IMG/VR virus record: IMGVR_UViG_3300002056_000074
Source of the DNA: a virus
Reading direction: 5' to 3' (one strand)
Length of the DNA stretch: 64,000 nt
Shown: in pieces, positions 9,958 through 20,486 of the stretch
How the letters are laid out: every line of letters starts with the position of its first letter
Numbering within the stretch: position 1 is the first letter of the stretch
Notes under the pieces: model-generated
Told to the model about the DNA's origin: nothing
Seen by the model: the letters and a program-made list of their open reading frames with translations, nothing else
Database searches by the model: none
Position numbers and translations under genes: made by a program

Positions 9958-11619
9958 TTATTTATTATTTTCCATAATAAATCGTTGTTTACCACAGTCC
10001 CATATTCTATAAATTTCATTCCGGAGACAATTTTCATATTCCGTCTCTGTTGGATCAAACTCTTCACCCAATAATATTTCTAATTTCTTTCTACGAAAAT
10101 TGAATTTGTGCATTCGAGTTCGATCATAATAATAAAAGTAATCAGGAGCTAATGTATTATCTAGTATCCAACCAGTTTGTTCATATAAATTACCATCACT
10201 CCATCGATTATCTGCAAAAGATGTGAGTTTATTCCAAAGATTATTATTCTTAAAATACTTCAACAATTTAGAAAATCCCCCGACTACTCTATGAGATGTT
10301 GCATATCTATTCAATACAAAATTACCATTTTTATTATTCGTGAAAATCATACAAGCTACTAAATCACCATCATAATAAAGCCCATAATTGATAGAACTAG
10401 ATCCATCACCTTGAATATGATTATCATCTAAGAAAATTGTTTTATCCTTCTTAGGTACTTCCATAATTTCACATTTTCGAGCATATATTACTGGGCGATC
10501 ATCTTTATTGAGAAGTGATTTTAATTTGTTTTTAACCTGCTCATTTCTTTCCTTCCATTCATCTTCAAATATAGTTATTAATTGAATTCCTTTCTTTTTA
10601 CATTCTTCGTATTTACTATGATGATAATGCCTATATTTTCCAAACTTTTCACTGTGCCAGTAATTTCCACAATATTCAATTGCTAAATTATGAGATGGTA
10701 TGTAAATATCTAATTCTTTTGGTGGGATTATTTTCTTGGAATTTTGAATTGTTTCAATTCCTAATGATGTAATGAAATTATTAAGTATCTCCTCTTCTTT
10801 ATTATTGATAAAACATTTATTACACCCGACTCGCCCAGACAAATGACAATCTGGTGTTTGTTTAAAACTAATATTATGTTCAATACAAAAAATATCAACT
10901 TTTGTTTTCGAATTCTTATATGATTCAGGAGTATATATAAATCTAGTTGAACCATATAATGCATATGAATCACTAACAAATTTATCAAATGATTTAGTCA
11001 AATTTGCTATACTAGATAATCTGGAACATTTTGGACAACCATTACCCCTCATATGATTATTCGGTGTTTGTGAAAATTTTCCATGTATAGGACAAATAAT
11101 ATCTAATTTAATTTTCGCATCAACATATATCGAATCCTCATAACTATAAAAATTATTATGCTCATCATTTGAGCGGACAATAAATCGATTGAGTTTTTGC
11201 TCATTTGTTATTTTATTATATTTTTTCTTACGTCGAATATTACTTGAACATTTACTACAACCATAACCAGCCATATGTGATGATATTCTTTGCTTAAAAC
11301 TCCCATGCTTCGGACATTTAATATTTACATATGATTTGTTCGTTAGTACATCGGATTCACTTATTAAACTATAATCGTATATATTGTTATGAATTTTGTT
11401 AGATGTTTCTATAAACATTGATAGAGTAATAGACTTTCTATTTGTGCATTGTGGGCAATTTTGGCCCGCTAAATGAGCTGATGCACGTTGTTCAAAATCT
11501 CCATGTTTTCTACAGGTGATTATTAATTTTTTTCTACTTGTAGTGTATTCACAATTATCATACAAATATCGATTATTATGAACTTCATTTGCCCGTGTTA
11601 TAAACTCTTGAGTGTTCAT
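9958..11619 (-). CDS. Zn-finger repeat + PD-(D/E)XK nuclease + Mom-like GNAT fusion (Hef-like endonuclease family), copy 1
   Basis: CxxHG...H..G.GCxxC repeats; ELDIYIPSHNLAIEYCGNYWH; SFADNRWSDGNLYEQTGW; YRIWDCGK. Confidence 0.8.
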   Translation of the reverse strand: MNTQEFITRANEVHNNRYLYDNCEYTTSRKKLIITCRKHGDFEQRASAHLAGQNCPQCTNRKSITLSMFIETSNKIHNNIYDYSLISESDVLTNKSYVNIKCPKHGSFKQRISSHMAGYGCSKCSSNIRRKKKYNKITNEQKLNRFIVRSNDEHNNFYSYEDSIYVDAKIKLDIICPIHGKFSQTPNNHMRGNGCPKCSRLSSIANLTKSFDKFVSDSYALYGSTRFIYTPESYKNSKTKVDIFCIEHNISFKQTPDCHLSGRVGCNKCFINNKEEEILNNFITSLGIETIQNSKKIIPPKELDIYIPSHNLAIEYCGNYWHSEKFGKYRHYHHSKYEECKKKGIQLITIFEDEWKERNEQVKNKLKSLLNKDDRPVIYARKCEIMEVPKKDKTIFLDDNHIQGDGSSSINYGLYYDGDLVACMIFTNNKNGNFVLNRYATSHRVVGGFSKLLKYFKNNNLWNKLTSFADNRWSDGNLYEQTGWILDNTLAPDYFYYYDRTRMHKFNFRRKKLEILLGEEFDPTETEYENCLRNEIYRIWDCGKQRFIMENNK

Positions 11620-11652
11620 TATGATCCATTTTCAAATTCAACATACAGAAAA

Positions 11653-11668
11653 GGGTCCAAATGGACCC
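11653..11668 (-). terminator. Stem-loop downstream of tail tube gene
   Basis: gggtcca-aa-tggaccc followed by TTTTCT on -. Confidence 0.6.
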
Positions 11669-11716
11669 CTCTCTTTATATATTAAATCTATTATAACATA
11701 GATTTTATGGTTAATG

Positions 11717-12340
11717 TTAACTATATCCACCCAAGGCAGAACCAGCACCAGAATACCCGCCTAAGTCTTGACGCCAGTGATCAATACTCAAAGTCACCGT
11801 AATTTGAACTGCTTCAGAACTAGAATAATCCATATCACCATATTGAACATTCTCAAGGAAGCAACCTTCTAGTGTCATACGCTCAACAACCTCTGGCTCA
11901 TTACCAGTACTTGTTTGATCAGTTGCTGGACCAAGACCGCGACCACCATCTAGAAGTTCTAAGCGACATGCAAACTTGTAATGACTACCCTCGGCAGCGG
12001 CCCCTAGAAATGGACCGGCTGAACCAGTAAGCCACTGTTGATACTGGAGCTGCTGCTGAAGAACACGAGATGCTGTACTATTAATATCATCTTCCAATGT
12101 AAAATCAACTGGCTCAATCATATGTTTACCAGCAACAAAAGAACGCGAATTAAATCGATGCAATTCAATTTTATCGAAATTCAATGATGGGCGAGTGAAC
12201 GTCACAAGCTGATGACTCAATGGTAGGGAGTTTACACCACCTGCCATACCAACAAAAAATACGCGCCAGCGGTGCTGATGCTTCGGATGGAGAATTCCGT
12301 CTCCTACGCCGGGAATACCAAAATCATTCAATGTAGACAA
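11717..12340 (-). CDS. gp19: Tail tube protein (gp19-like)
   Basis: PKHQHRWRV.F, RPSLNF...E.H, LEGCFL.NVQYGDMDYSSSE.VQI.VTL motifs; TTG start with GAGGA RBS; TAAATA at 12384-12389. Confidence 0.88.
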   Translation of the reverse strand: MSTLNDFGIPGVGDGILHPKHQHRWRVFFVGMAGGVNSLPLSHQLVTFTRPSLNFDKIELHRFNSRSFVAGKHMIEPVDFTLEDDINSTASRVLQQQLQYQQWLTGSAGPFLGAAAEGSHYKFACRLELLDGGRGLGPATDQTSTGNEPEVVERMTLEGCFLENVQYGDMDYSSSEAVQITVTLSIDHWRQDLGGYSGAGSALGGYS

Positions 12341-12417
12341 AATTCTATCCTCTTAAACTAGACTGCTTAAATGCTTATAAAGATATTTATTAAATTGGTC
12401 TATTCTTGAAAGGTTTT

Positions 12418-13881
12418 TTACACTTTATCTCCGTAAATATATCTATTTTTCCCACAATCCCATAACCTATAAATCCCAAAATCTAAACAATTTTGGTATT
12501 CAGTCTTATCACTATCAAATGATTCCTGCATTATATTTTGTAACTGGCGTCTTCTAAAATTGAATTTATGATGCACTTTTCCCTTATAAAAATAACTATA
12601 ATCTTCAGGCAATACGCGATCTAATTTCCAACCAGTTTGTTCATATAAATTACCATCACTCCATCGCAAATCAGCAAATGAAATCAACCGATCATACGTA
12701 TAATTATGCTGTACATATTTTAACAATTTACTCAAACCACCAACTACCCGATGGCTCGTCGCATATCGATTAACAATAAAATCATTATCCTTTTTCTTTA
12801 ATCCGACACATGCAACTAACTCATTGTCGTATTGTAGTCCAATATTGATTGATGAATGTCCATCACCTTGAATATGATTATTATTGAAAAATATAGATTT
12901 TTCACCCCTATCAACTATAGTAATAGTTGTTTTGCGAGCAAATACAGTATGTCGATTATCTACACCCACAACTGATCGCAATTTATTTTTAACCAACTCT
13001 TTAGAATCAACCCATTCATTAGAAAATATAGTAATTAGTCTAATTCCCCTATTATTACAATCTTCTAATTTATTTTTGTGATATTTCCGATCTCTTAAAA
13101 ATTTTTCAGTATGCCAATACACTCCACAATACTCTATTGCCAGATTTAATTTAGGTAAATAAATATCAATTTGTTTTGGGGATATTATATCAAAACTCTG
13201 AGAAATGACTTTACCATCATATATACTTTTTATAAATTCCAAAACTTCATTCTCTTCATTAGAAAATGATTTTGAACATTTTGGGCAATTATGCTTATTT
13301 CTCAATAAATCATTAACTGCTGGATTAAAATACTCCCCACATTTTTTACATCCAGTAGATGGCTTATCGAATGATCCTATAAACTCACTAGTCCATTTAT
13401 CAAACATGAAAGTATTGGGTCTGTTCGTCTCAATATTTCTTATAGTATCAATAGTAGATCTTCTAGACTTTGATACCACATTTTTTCTATTACAACTACA
13501 ACCATGTCCCTTTTTATGATTTGATAGTAATTGAGTAAACCATGTATTGCAGGCGTTGCATTTTATATCTACTTTACTGCCATCAGACACATCGTTGGAT
13601 ATCCTAGAATAATCATATCGAAATTTTCCATGTTTTTTAACCGCAATATCGATGTGTTGTTTTCGCGTCTTCTTCTTTTTTTGAGTTCGATTATTTTCGG
13701 CGCAAGTAGGACAACCTCTACCTGATTTATGTGAATTTAATTGTTGAGTAAAATTTCCATGTTCAGGACAAATATTTTTAACAAGATCTTTAGTTGTTAA
13801 TTCCCTTGGCCATAAAGAATAATCATAAAAATTATTATGTTTTTTATGACAGTCTATCTTATGTTGTTCTGGAGTTTTCAT
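12418..13881 (-). CDS. Zn-finger repeat + nuclease + Mom-like GNAT fusion, copy 2
   Basis: Same three-part architecture and motifs as 9958..11619. Confidence 0.8.
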   Translation of the reverse strand: MKTPEQHKIDCHKKHNNFYDYSLWPRELTTKDLVKNICPEHGNFTQQLNSHKSGRGCPTCAENNRTQKKKKTRKQHIDIAVKKHGKFRYDYSRISNDVSDGSKVDIKCNACNTWFTQLLSNHKKGHGCSCNRKNVVSKSRRSTIDTIRNIETNRPNTFMFDKWTSEFIGSFDKPSTGCKKCGEYFNPAVNDLLRNKHNCPKCSKSFSNEENEVLEFIKSIYDGKVISQSFDIISPKQIDIYLPKLNLAIEYCGVYWHTEKFLRDRKYHKNKLEDCNNRGIRLITIFSNEWVDSKELVKNKLRSVVGVDNRHTVFARKTTITIVDRGEKSIFFNNNHIQGDGHSSINIGLQYDNELVACVGLKKKDNDFIVNRYATSHRVVGGLSKLLKYVQHNYTYDRLISFADLRWSDGNLYEQTGWKLDRVLPEDYSYFYKGKVHHKFNFRRRQLQNIMQESFDSDKTEYQNCLDFGIYRLWDCGKNRYIYGDKV

Positions 13882-13902
13882 GCCCCTCGATTATAACACA
13901 AA

Positions 13903-14496
13903 TCAATCAGATTCTGGATTAACAACCTTTGGATCTTTTCCCTCAGCTGCAGTAGCCTCAGCCAATGCCTTTAATAAACTACTATGATTTACGATAATGT
14001 TGTTATTAGTAGTATTGTTATTTTTTTCCCGTGAAGCCTTTTTATCAGCCATCACAATTTTGTCCTTATTTGCTTTTTGATTACTACTATCCTTGGCACT
14101 ATCCAATGCAATTCGTAAATATTGTGCAGCAACTTCTAAATTTCTCGCCCTAAACCGACCCTCTACTAAGGCTGCCTCCTGCATTTGTGTTGAAAATGCC
14201 TGTAATCCCATATTGTAGATTTCTTGGAATTTTTCAGCATTTTTAGAGTCAATACTATCGTATATGGATTCGATATTAGGGGCGCGTTCCAAAACTCCAG
14301 ACATAGTTTTCTCATTGATATATTCTTCATCACTCTCTTCCAAAACTTCAATTTCTTCATCTCGTATCAATACTCTACTATCACTATCATTATGTTGATC
14401 ACCTTCCGCCACGATAAATGGATTGGCGGAAGGTGTAGATCCACGTTCAATATCTAACATATCTTCTAGTGGATGATTTTTAATTTGTTTTGTCAT
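13903..14496 (-). CDS. Probable terminase small subunit (gp16-like)
   Basis: Helical core RNLEVAAQYL followed by NNTTNNNIIV..SSLLKAL, similar to the gp16 C-terminus; TATAAATA at 14502-14509. Confidence 0.6.
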   Translation of the reverse strand: MTKQIKNHPLEDMLDIERGSTPSANPFIVAEGDQHNDSDSRVLIRDEEIEVLEESDEEYINEKTMSGVLERAPNIESIYDSIDSKNAEKFQEIYNMGLQAFSTQMQEAALVEGRFRARNLEVAAQYLRIALDSAKDSSNQKANKDKIVMADKKASREKNNNTTNNNIIVNHSSLLKALAEATAAEGKDPKVVNPESD

Positions 14497-14519
14497 ATAT
14501 TTATTTATAACGAAACAAA

Positions 14520-14996
14520 TTATATAAAAATATCTTTTTCTGTAAGTAACCTAAATTCGATGCCTTTCTTATTACAAAACTCTTGAGCAGCGTGCCATTT
14601 ATCCATATTTGTTTCATAAGTTGAATGCTCATAAAGAAAGGTAGATTCCTTTTTTCTCTTGGTTCTTTTAGGTTTTTTAGTTTGGTTGAAGGGTTTTACT
14701 TCCCATAACGATTCCCTAATTTTCCCTCTCACATCAACATACTTAACATAGAAGTCAATATAGTATTTGTGCATCCTTCCAGTAGCCCGCTTAAAGTAAG
14801 GTATTGCTACAATTTCTGATCCCCAACGTAAAATCTTGGGATTGGTGTCTAGAAATTTACAAACATCCAATTCCCAACTAGACATAAACCAAATTTCATT
14901 TATATTACCGATATATTTTTGAGGATTTTTTGGTTTGTATAACCCTCTTGAAAATTTGGTAGTGTTTTTACCTGTGCGAGAACTATTTAAAGTCAT
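14520..14996 (-). CDS. gp4: Head completion protein (gp4-like, TnsA-like nuclease fold)
   Basis: G.YKPKNPQKYIG, SSWE, W.SE...IPY, YY.DF, EVKP, N..KW.AA motifs. Confidence 0.9.
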   Translation of the reverse strand: MTLNSSRTGKNTTKFSRGLYKPKNPQKYIGNINEIWFMSSWELDVCKFLDTNPKILRWGSEIVAIPYFKRATGRMHKYYIDFYVKYVDVRGKIRESLWEVKPFNQTKKPKRTKRKKESTFLYEHSTYETNMDKWHAAQEFCNKKGIEFRLLTEKDIFI

Positions 14997-16438
14997 TCAG
15001 AAGATACAGGAGAAGGTTGGTTTATTCCCGGAAATGTCGTTGATGTTGTATCTCCAGCGGTCAATGCAGATTTTACTACCTCAGCTTTAGATACTGGTTT
15101 TTTACCATCAGGATCAATAAATCCAGATGATGTATATAATATTGGATATTCAGCACCAACACCCTCACCCGAAAGCTCCAATAATCTATCAACTCCAAAT
15201 TTAGCGATGGGTATCTCAGGATTAATATAAAAATAATCATACTCAAAATCAAACGAGAACTCTTGGCCTGCACCGCTCTCTTCCATCGTTGCTTCAGACA
15301 ACTCAAAATTAGTGATCTTAGGATTTATCATATTATATGCAGTAATTGTGTTTGAGTTTTTACCAAATTGGTATATGGATATCTCTCTAACAATTGTCTT
15401 CCTATTTGCCAATAGCGTTCCGATTGATGATGATCTTAATGGGAAGATATCAGTCCTACTTGCTATTAAAGCTTCTGTATCTGGACGAGGAAATTCCATT
15501 CCAAAATTTTCAAGATCATTGACCGCAGCAGCATTATCACCAGAAATATTTGTTATTGGACTCATTGCCCTGACATACATTGCATAGAATGTTGCTGCAT
15601 TATTTTGTTGATCATCTATAAATCGCATGTTAATAGGATTAAATGTTGCCATGCGAATTGCTTTGGTTCGATAATTATAATAATTGGCATCTTCATAATC
15701 ATAAGCTATTCCGGGACGATTTGTTGATTTAACCATGAACGCCAATTCTGTTGCCACATTATTTTTCAATTTTATTTCTTTTGTTGTCCCAGATACATTA
15801 CTCGCAACTTCATCTCTAGTGGCACGATCAGTTAAATTTATACCAATCGAACTTGCATATTCAGCGTGTAATTTAATATCCACAATAAATTGAAAATTTT
15901 GTTTTGGTGCACGATCAATCAAATCTACTGCATAGGGAGACGGGTTACATTGAAATTTTTCAAGTTCTCTCTCTGCAGAATTGCCTTCCACTGGATCACG
16001 AAATATTTTAGAGGCTATACTTTCTAAATTTTGAAAATCCTGTATCCTATTTGGTATATCAGCAAAAGTAAATCGGCCATTCTGTACATCACTAGCCAAT
16101 ACTTTTGCTGCGCCTACTGCACCATTAACTGCACCGGGATCAAATTGAGCAACAGAGTTTTGTACCTCTTGGTTTAATCCCATACTACTAAGTATATCAT
16201 TGGCGGTATTACCTATAACAGTACCTCCTATACCAGAACTACCGCCCGTGCGTAATGCATTAGATGAATCCGCTAGTGTTTGGAGCGTCTCTCTAATCTT
16301 TCCACCACCTCTACCGAAATCATTGAGAACTTCCAATTTTCCTACCGCACCAGCAGTGCCTAAGAGAGTACGTTTTCTGGTCTGAAGGGCGTTATTTCTT
16401 GCTGTTTCAGCGGGGCAATTGCATCTATAATCTGTCAT
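14993..16438 (-). CDS. Tail-tube-fold baseplate/tube-junction protein (gp54-like)
   Basis: MVKSTNRPGI....N.YN......FNPINMRFIDD and NPKITNF...F.F.YD tube-like motifs; position next to the sheath. Confidence 0.6.
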   Translation of the reverse strand: MTDYRCNCPAETARNNALQTRKRTLLGTAGAVGKLEVLNDFGRGGGKIRETLQTLADSSNALRTGGSSGIGGTVIGNTANDILSSMGLNQEVQNSVAQFDPGAVNGAVGAAKVLASDVQNGRFTFADIPNRIQDFQNLESIASKIFRDPVEGNSAERELEKFQCNPSPYAVDLIDRAPKQNFQFIVDIKLHAEYASSIGINLTDRATRDEVASNVSGTTKEIKLKNNVATELAFMVKSTNRPGIAYDYEDANYYNYRTKAIRMATFNPINMRFIDDQQNNAATFYAMYVRAMSPITNISGDNAAAVNDLENFGMEFPRPDTEALIASRTDIFPLRSSSIGTLLANRKTIVREISIYQFGKNSNTITAYNMINPKITNFELSEATMEESGAGQEFSFDFEYDYFYINPEIPIAKFGVDRLLELSGEGVGAEYPILYTSSGFIDPDGKKPVSKAEVVKSALTAGDTTSTTFPGINQPSPVSSE

Positions 16439-16452
16439 AGTAATTATTTATG

Positions 16453-17901
16453 TCAATTGTTATTAATTACGAAACGCAGTTTTCCACAATCCCAAATTCG
16501 ATAGATGTTATTCCGTGAACAATTTTCTTGCTCAGATTCATCTGGATTAAATGCTTCACCTAACATTACTGCAAGTGCCTTGCGCCTAAAATTAAATTTA
16601 TGTTTTCGCTCACCACCATAGAAATAAAAATAATCTGGCCTAAGTTCACTTTCCAAATCCCAACCTGTTTTTTTATATAAATTACCATCACTCCATCGCA
16701 AATCAGCAAATGAAATAATTTGGTTCCACTCATGATTTCGCTGGAAATGTTTAAGTAAGCGACTACTTCCACCGGGAATTTGCTTAGAAGTTGCATATCG
16801 ATTTAAATAATAATCATTATTCTTAATATGCTTAAATGTCATACAGGCAATCAATTCATCTTCATAATATAGCCCATAAGAAAATTTTCCCTGACCATCA
16901 CCCTGAATATGATTTTTATTTAAAAATGTCTTTCGGATTTTATTATTAATTGGCTTAATTTTACATAATCTGGCATATATTTTATCCCTATCGTCAATTT
17001 TAAGAAGTGATTTGAGTTTTGATTTAACTTGGATGTTTCTATCATCCCATTCATCTTCGAAAATAGTGATTAATTGAACACCTTGCTTCTTACACATCTC
17101 ATACTTATTTTTATGATAATGCCTGTCCTTACCATACTGTTCGGTGTGCCAGTAATTACCACAAAATTCAATTGCCAAATTATGGTCTGGAATATAAACA
17201 TCCAACTCGTATGGAGATATTAATAATCTATCAGATTCGATTATACTAACATCGAAGGATTTAATAAAATTAACTAAATCCTTCTCTTTTTTTGATTTTT
17301 TATTCATACACTTAATACACCCAACACCAGATAAATGGGAAGATGCCCGCAATTTAAATATACCGTGGTTTGGGCAGGTAACACTAACAAATTCTCTTGA
17401 ATTGATATATTCCGTTAAAGTATAATCATAAAAGTTATTATGTTTAATGTTTGATGCCTTAACGAATGCCTGTGTGTTACTTTTTGGTATTCCTCTACCC
17501 AATTTAGTTCTTGCTATAATAGAACATTTATTACAACCATGACCATCTCTGTGATCTCTGGGTATTTGTGTGAATCTCCCATGCTGTTTACATTTTATAA
17601 TAACTGGTGTAATGGCATTCTTATACACTACTTCACTATAATCATATACATCATTATGTACTTTTTTGGCCAATTCTATCCACTCTTCAGTAGTTAATTT
17701 TTTAACACCTGCACAGGCAGGACAAGTGGCTGTTAAATTTATATGATTTTTTGCTAGTTGCCAAAAAGATCCATGTACTGGGCAAATAATCTCAATTTTT
17801 TCAGTTGATTTGGTATAAACCGATTTAGAGTAATCATAAAAGTTATTATGCCTTTTATTTGCCTTATCTATCCACTCCTCAGTAGTTAATTTCTTTGTCA
17901 T
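16453..17901 (-). CDS. Zn-finger repeat + nuclease + Mom-like GNAT fusion, copy 3
   Basis: KKLTTEEWI repeats, CPxHG, ELDVYIPDHNLAIEFCG, SFADLRWSDGNLY, YRIWDCGK. Confidence 0.8.
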   Translation of the reverse strand: MTKKLTTEEWIDKANKRHNNFYDYSKSVYTKSTEKIEIICPVHGSFWQLAKNHINLTATCPACAGVKKLTTEEWIELAKKVHNDVYDYSEVVYKNAITPVIIKCKQHGRFTQIPRDHRDGHGCNKCSIIARTKLGRGIPKSNTQAFVKASNIKHNNFYDYTLTEYINSREFVSVTCPNHGIFKLRASSHLSGVGCIKCMNKKSKKEKDLVNFIKSFDVSIIESDRLLISPYELDVYIPDHNLAIEFCGNYWHTEQYGKDRHYHKNKYEMCKKQGVQLITIFEDEWDDRNIQVKSKLKSLLKIDDRDKIYARLCKIKPINNKIRKTFLNKNHIQGDGQGKFSYGLYYEDELIACMTFKHIKNNDYYLNRYATSKQIPGGSSRLLKHFQRNHEWNQIISFADLRWSDGNLYKKTGWDLESELRPDYFYFYGGERKHKFNFRRKALAVMLGEAFNPDESEQENCSRNNIYRIWDCGKLRFVINNN

Positions 17902-17981
17902 TTAATGAACTTCTCTTTTGAATATACCTATTCTAGCACCTATTTAGACTATCTTCAAAAGAAAAGTTCATAGAAATTAAA

Positions 17982-18013
17982 AAGTCCCCTATTATAAAAA
18001 TAATAGGGGACTT
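17982..18013 (-). terminator. Rho-independent terminator after tail sheath
   Basis: 13-bp perfect inverted repeat aagtcccctatta/taataggggactt with a T-run on -. Confidence 0.8.
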
Positions 18014-18046
18014 CTCTCAAATACTACTTACGGCAATGACTTATAC

Positions 18047-20398
18047 TTAGAATGAAGCGTCTTGAGTCGTGATTCTGATTGGAATTGTGATAAATTCAAC
18101 AGCCTTAGTAGGCTTAACCATAATATCAATAATTAATTCAGAACGCTCCACTACAATCGCTGGATTGTTGGAAGAATCACACACGGTTAAGAAGTCAGTA
18201 ATGCCACGATTAGTCATAATATTAGATAAGAAATTATCAGCTAATGATTTAACATTATCACGGGTTCTCTGATCATTAGGCTCGAACAAGAATCCAACCA
18301 TAGTTAATCGCAATTGACGCCTAATATGCATTACCAATCGAACAACATTGATACGATTTAATGCAGTTGCCTCTGGTGATGAAGTCTTCTGACCCATAAG
18401 AGTAATTCCTCTACCGGGAGCAAATACGATTGGATTAATTCGTCCACTTGCATTGTCTTGATATAGCGCATCACGCTGTCCCTGATTTAGTGCAACTGGT
18501 GTGAATGAAGTCGCACCACCCAAAACTCCAGTTGCATAGCCAACATCAGTTACTCCAGTAACGAGACCACGAGTAGTTCCTGCTGGGGCAATCCAAAGAA
18601 AAGAGATGTCATCACTGAATGCAAATTGGCGAATGGCAACACCTGAAGGAGCTGCTAACACATTAACACCATCCAAATTACTTGTTAGACACCAAGGGTA
18701 GTAATAGGCAACATTTTGATTGTTTTGTCGCTCAGAAGAAATTGCCCAACCATTAGTTGGATTAGTGATTCCAGCAGGAGGTAGATTGGGCGGTGTATCA
18801 CCAATTACAAATACCTCATTCTCCTGAGCATCTGATAATGCGAGTAGTTCATCAACAATTTCGGGATAACCGGGTGCTGCTACAACATTAAATTGAAAAT
18901 TTTCAGCACGAACTCCCTCATTACTAACAATCTGTTCCTGTAATGCAGAAACAATACTTACTCGGCGGGCTGCATCATTTGCACCCAAAGATGTACGGAT
19001 TAGGAAGATTTGGGTAAATTTAAACGTAGACGCAGTATCTACAAATAATGCACCAGCATCTTCTGGGGTCCATGCAAAATCATCAATGATAGTTCCACTT
19101 GTAGCTGATGTTCCCAAATCAACATTTCCATCGAATCCCAAAAATTCCTCAGTTGATGCGGGCTGATCAAAACCATCAGGAAATACCGGAAGACCTTCAC
19201 CTACGGGGCGGGCAGTGAAGAAGTCATCACCCGAATTTCTAAAAGAGTACGTTCCTAGTTCATCATCAAAAATAAATTGGGTTGCATCACGCATCAAATC
19301 TTTAAGTTCTTGTGCGTTGACAGTCTCTTTAAGCTCCTGAAGATTAGTAGTAGCTACTGTGACATCAAATGCTGTGCCAACGCCTGTAGATGACGCCTGA
19401 GCTACAATTTGACCATCAGAAACAAAGGTTCCAGTAGTCAATAGGACAAATTCCGTTACAGCGCCTGTGCCATCTACTGCCAATACACGAACAGTAGCAG
19501 CGTTCATTAATGTAATAACCTCACCCTCTACGTATCCGGTTCCGGGAGTAAACGTGAAATCGCTAGTTGATTGAAGAAATGCCGGGACAACATTAGCAAT
19601 ACCCAAAGTTACTGAAGCTCCTATCCGTGCAGAAGTTACATCATTCGATCCACTATCAACAACAGATACTTGATTTAATGTAGTTCCAATAACTGGTGCA
19701 GTTGCAGCAGTGGTAACTTCAAATTCAGTTATATCACCATCAACAACGGTATTAACAGTAATTACCATACCAGCATCTAGTGTGATCACATCTCCCACTT
19801 CATAATCACCAGTCAAGAGTGTTGCATTCCCACCAACAAATGAACCATTGGGTGCGGTTCCATCAAATGCTACCTGTGTTTGGCCTGCGCCTGCAACTAC
19901 TCCAGAAAATTTATTAGTTAGAACGGAAAATCCGGGTTGAGTGAGACCTGCAGCAGAGTTGATACCGTTTAAGTAATTTTGAACAATATTTGGTACGATA
20001 AGTGCTCCATCTTCAGTTCGTTCGTCCCACAAATTTTGAATCGCATCAACACTATCATCCAAGTTGACATTCGCACGAACGACGAATGCACTACTACCAA
20101 TTCCTAAATATTGATTGAGTGCCAATAGTCCATATTCATTTCTAGCATCACCGTGATGCTGATTGCCCAATCCATCATTTAAGAATCGTGGTTCACCATA
20201 AAAATTAATAGAATCTCGCAATGATGTTATGTTGCGAATAACTGAATGCTCAAATGTATAATCTGCTGGTTGGCCATCATTTCTAAGTTTCTCATCTTTA
20301 GTAGCAATGAAAAAAAGTGGGACCAAAGATGCTGTACCTGCAGCAAATAATGAGTCATCAATAAGTTGTGTTTGTATTCCGGGCGATACTAAAGACAT
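18047..20398 (-). CDS. gp18: Tail sheath protein (gp18-like)
   Basis: MSLVSPGI start with GGAGA RBS; C-terminal YYPW, W.APAG..RG, INPI, GQKT, RINVVRL, FEPND, KP.KAVEFI. Confidence 0.95.
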   Translation of the reverse strand: MSLVSPGIQTQLIDDSLFAAGTASLVPLFFIATKDEKLRNDGQPADYTFEHSVIRNITSLRDSINFYGEPRFLNDGLGNQHHGDARNEYGLLALNQYLGIGSSAFVVRANVNLDDSVDAIQNLWDERTEDGALIVPNIVQNYLNGINSAAGLTQPGFSVLTNKFSGVVAGAGQTQVAFDGTAPNGSFVGGNATLLTGDYEVGDVITLDAGMVITVNTVVDGDITEFEVTTAATAPVIGTTLNQVSVVDSGSNDVTSARIGASVTLGIANVVPAFLQSTSDFTFTPGTGYVEGEVITLMNAATVRVLAVDGTGAVTEFVLLTTGTFVSDGQIVAQASSTGVGTAFDVTVATTNLQELKETVNAQELKDLMRDATQFIFDDELGTYSFRNSGDDFFTARPVGEGLPVFPDGFDQPASTEEFLGFDGNVDLGTSATSGTIIDDFAWTPEDAGALFVDTASTFKFTQIFLIRTSLGANDAARRVSIVSALQEQIVSNEGVRAENFQFNVVAAPGYPEIVDELLALSDAQENEVFVIGDTPPNLPPAGITNPTNGWAISSERQNNQNVAYYYPWCLTSNLDGVNVLAAPSGVAIRQFAFSDDISFLWIAPAGTTRGLVTGVTDVGYATGVLGGATSFTPVALNQGQRDALYQDNASGRINPIVFAPGRGITLMGQKTSSPEATALNRINVVRLVMHIRRQLRLTMVGFLFEPNDQRTRDNVKSLADNFLSNIMTNRGITDFLTVCDSSNNPAIVVERSELIIDIMVKPTKAVEFITIPIRITTQDASF

Positions 20399-20486
20399 GT
20401 TATTCTCCAAATAAATAATGTTATGAAACTATTTATCTACATGGATAAAATAAGTATCTTTTTAATAGCGGACAACCACAAAAAAG

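Noticed and set aside
14520-14996. TnsA transposase / Tn7-like element
   Set aside because: Motifs and context match the gp4 head completion protein; no TnsB/TnsC genes or transposon ends.
10167-16716. Diversity-generating retroelement TR/VR pair
   Set aside because: Shared tracts are short and lie within full paralogous genes, there is no adenine-specific mismatch pattern, and no reverse transcriptase is in the window.
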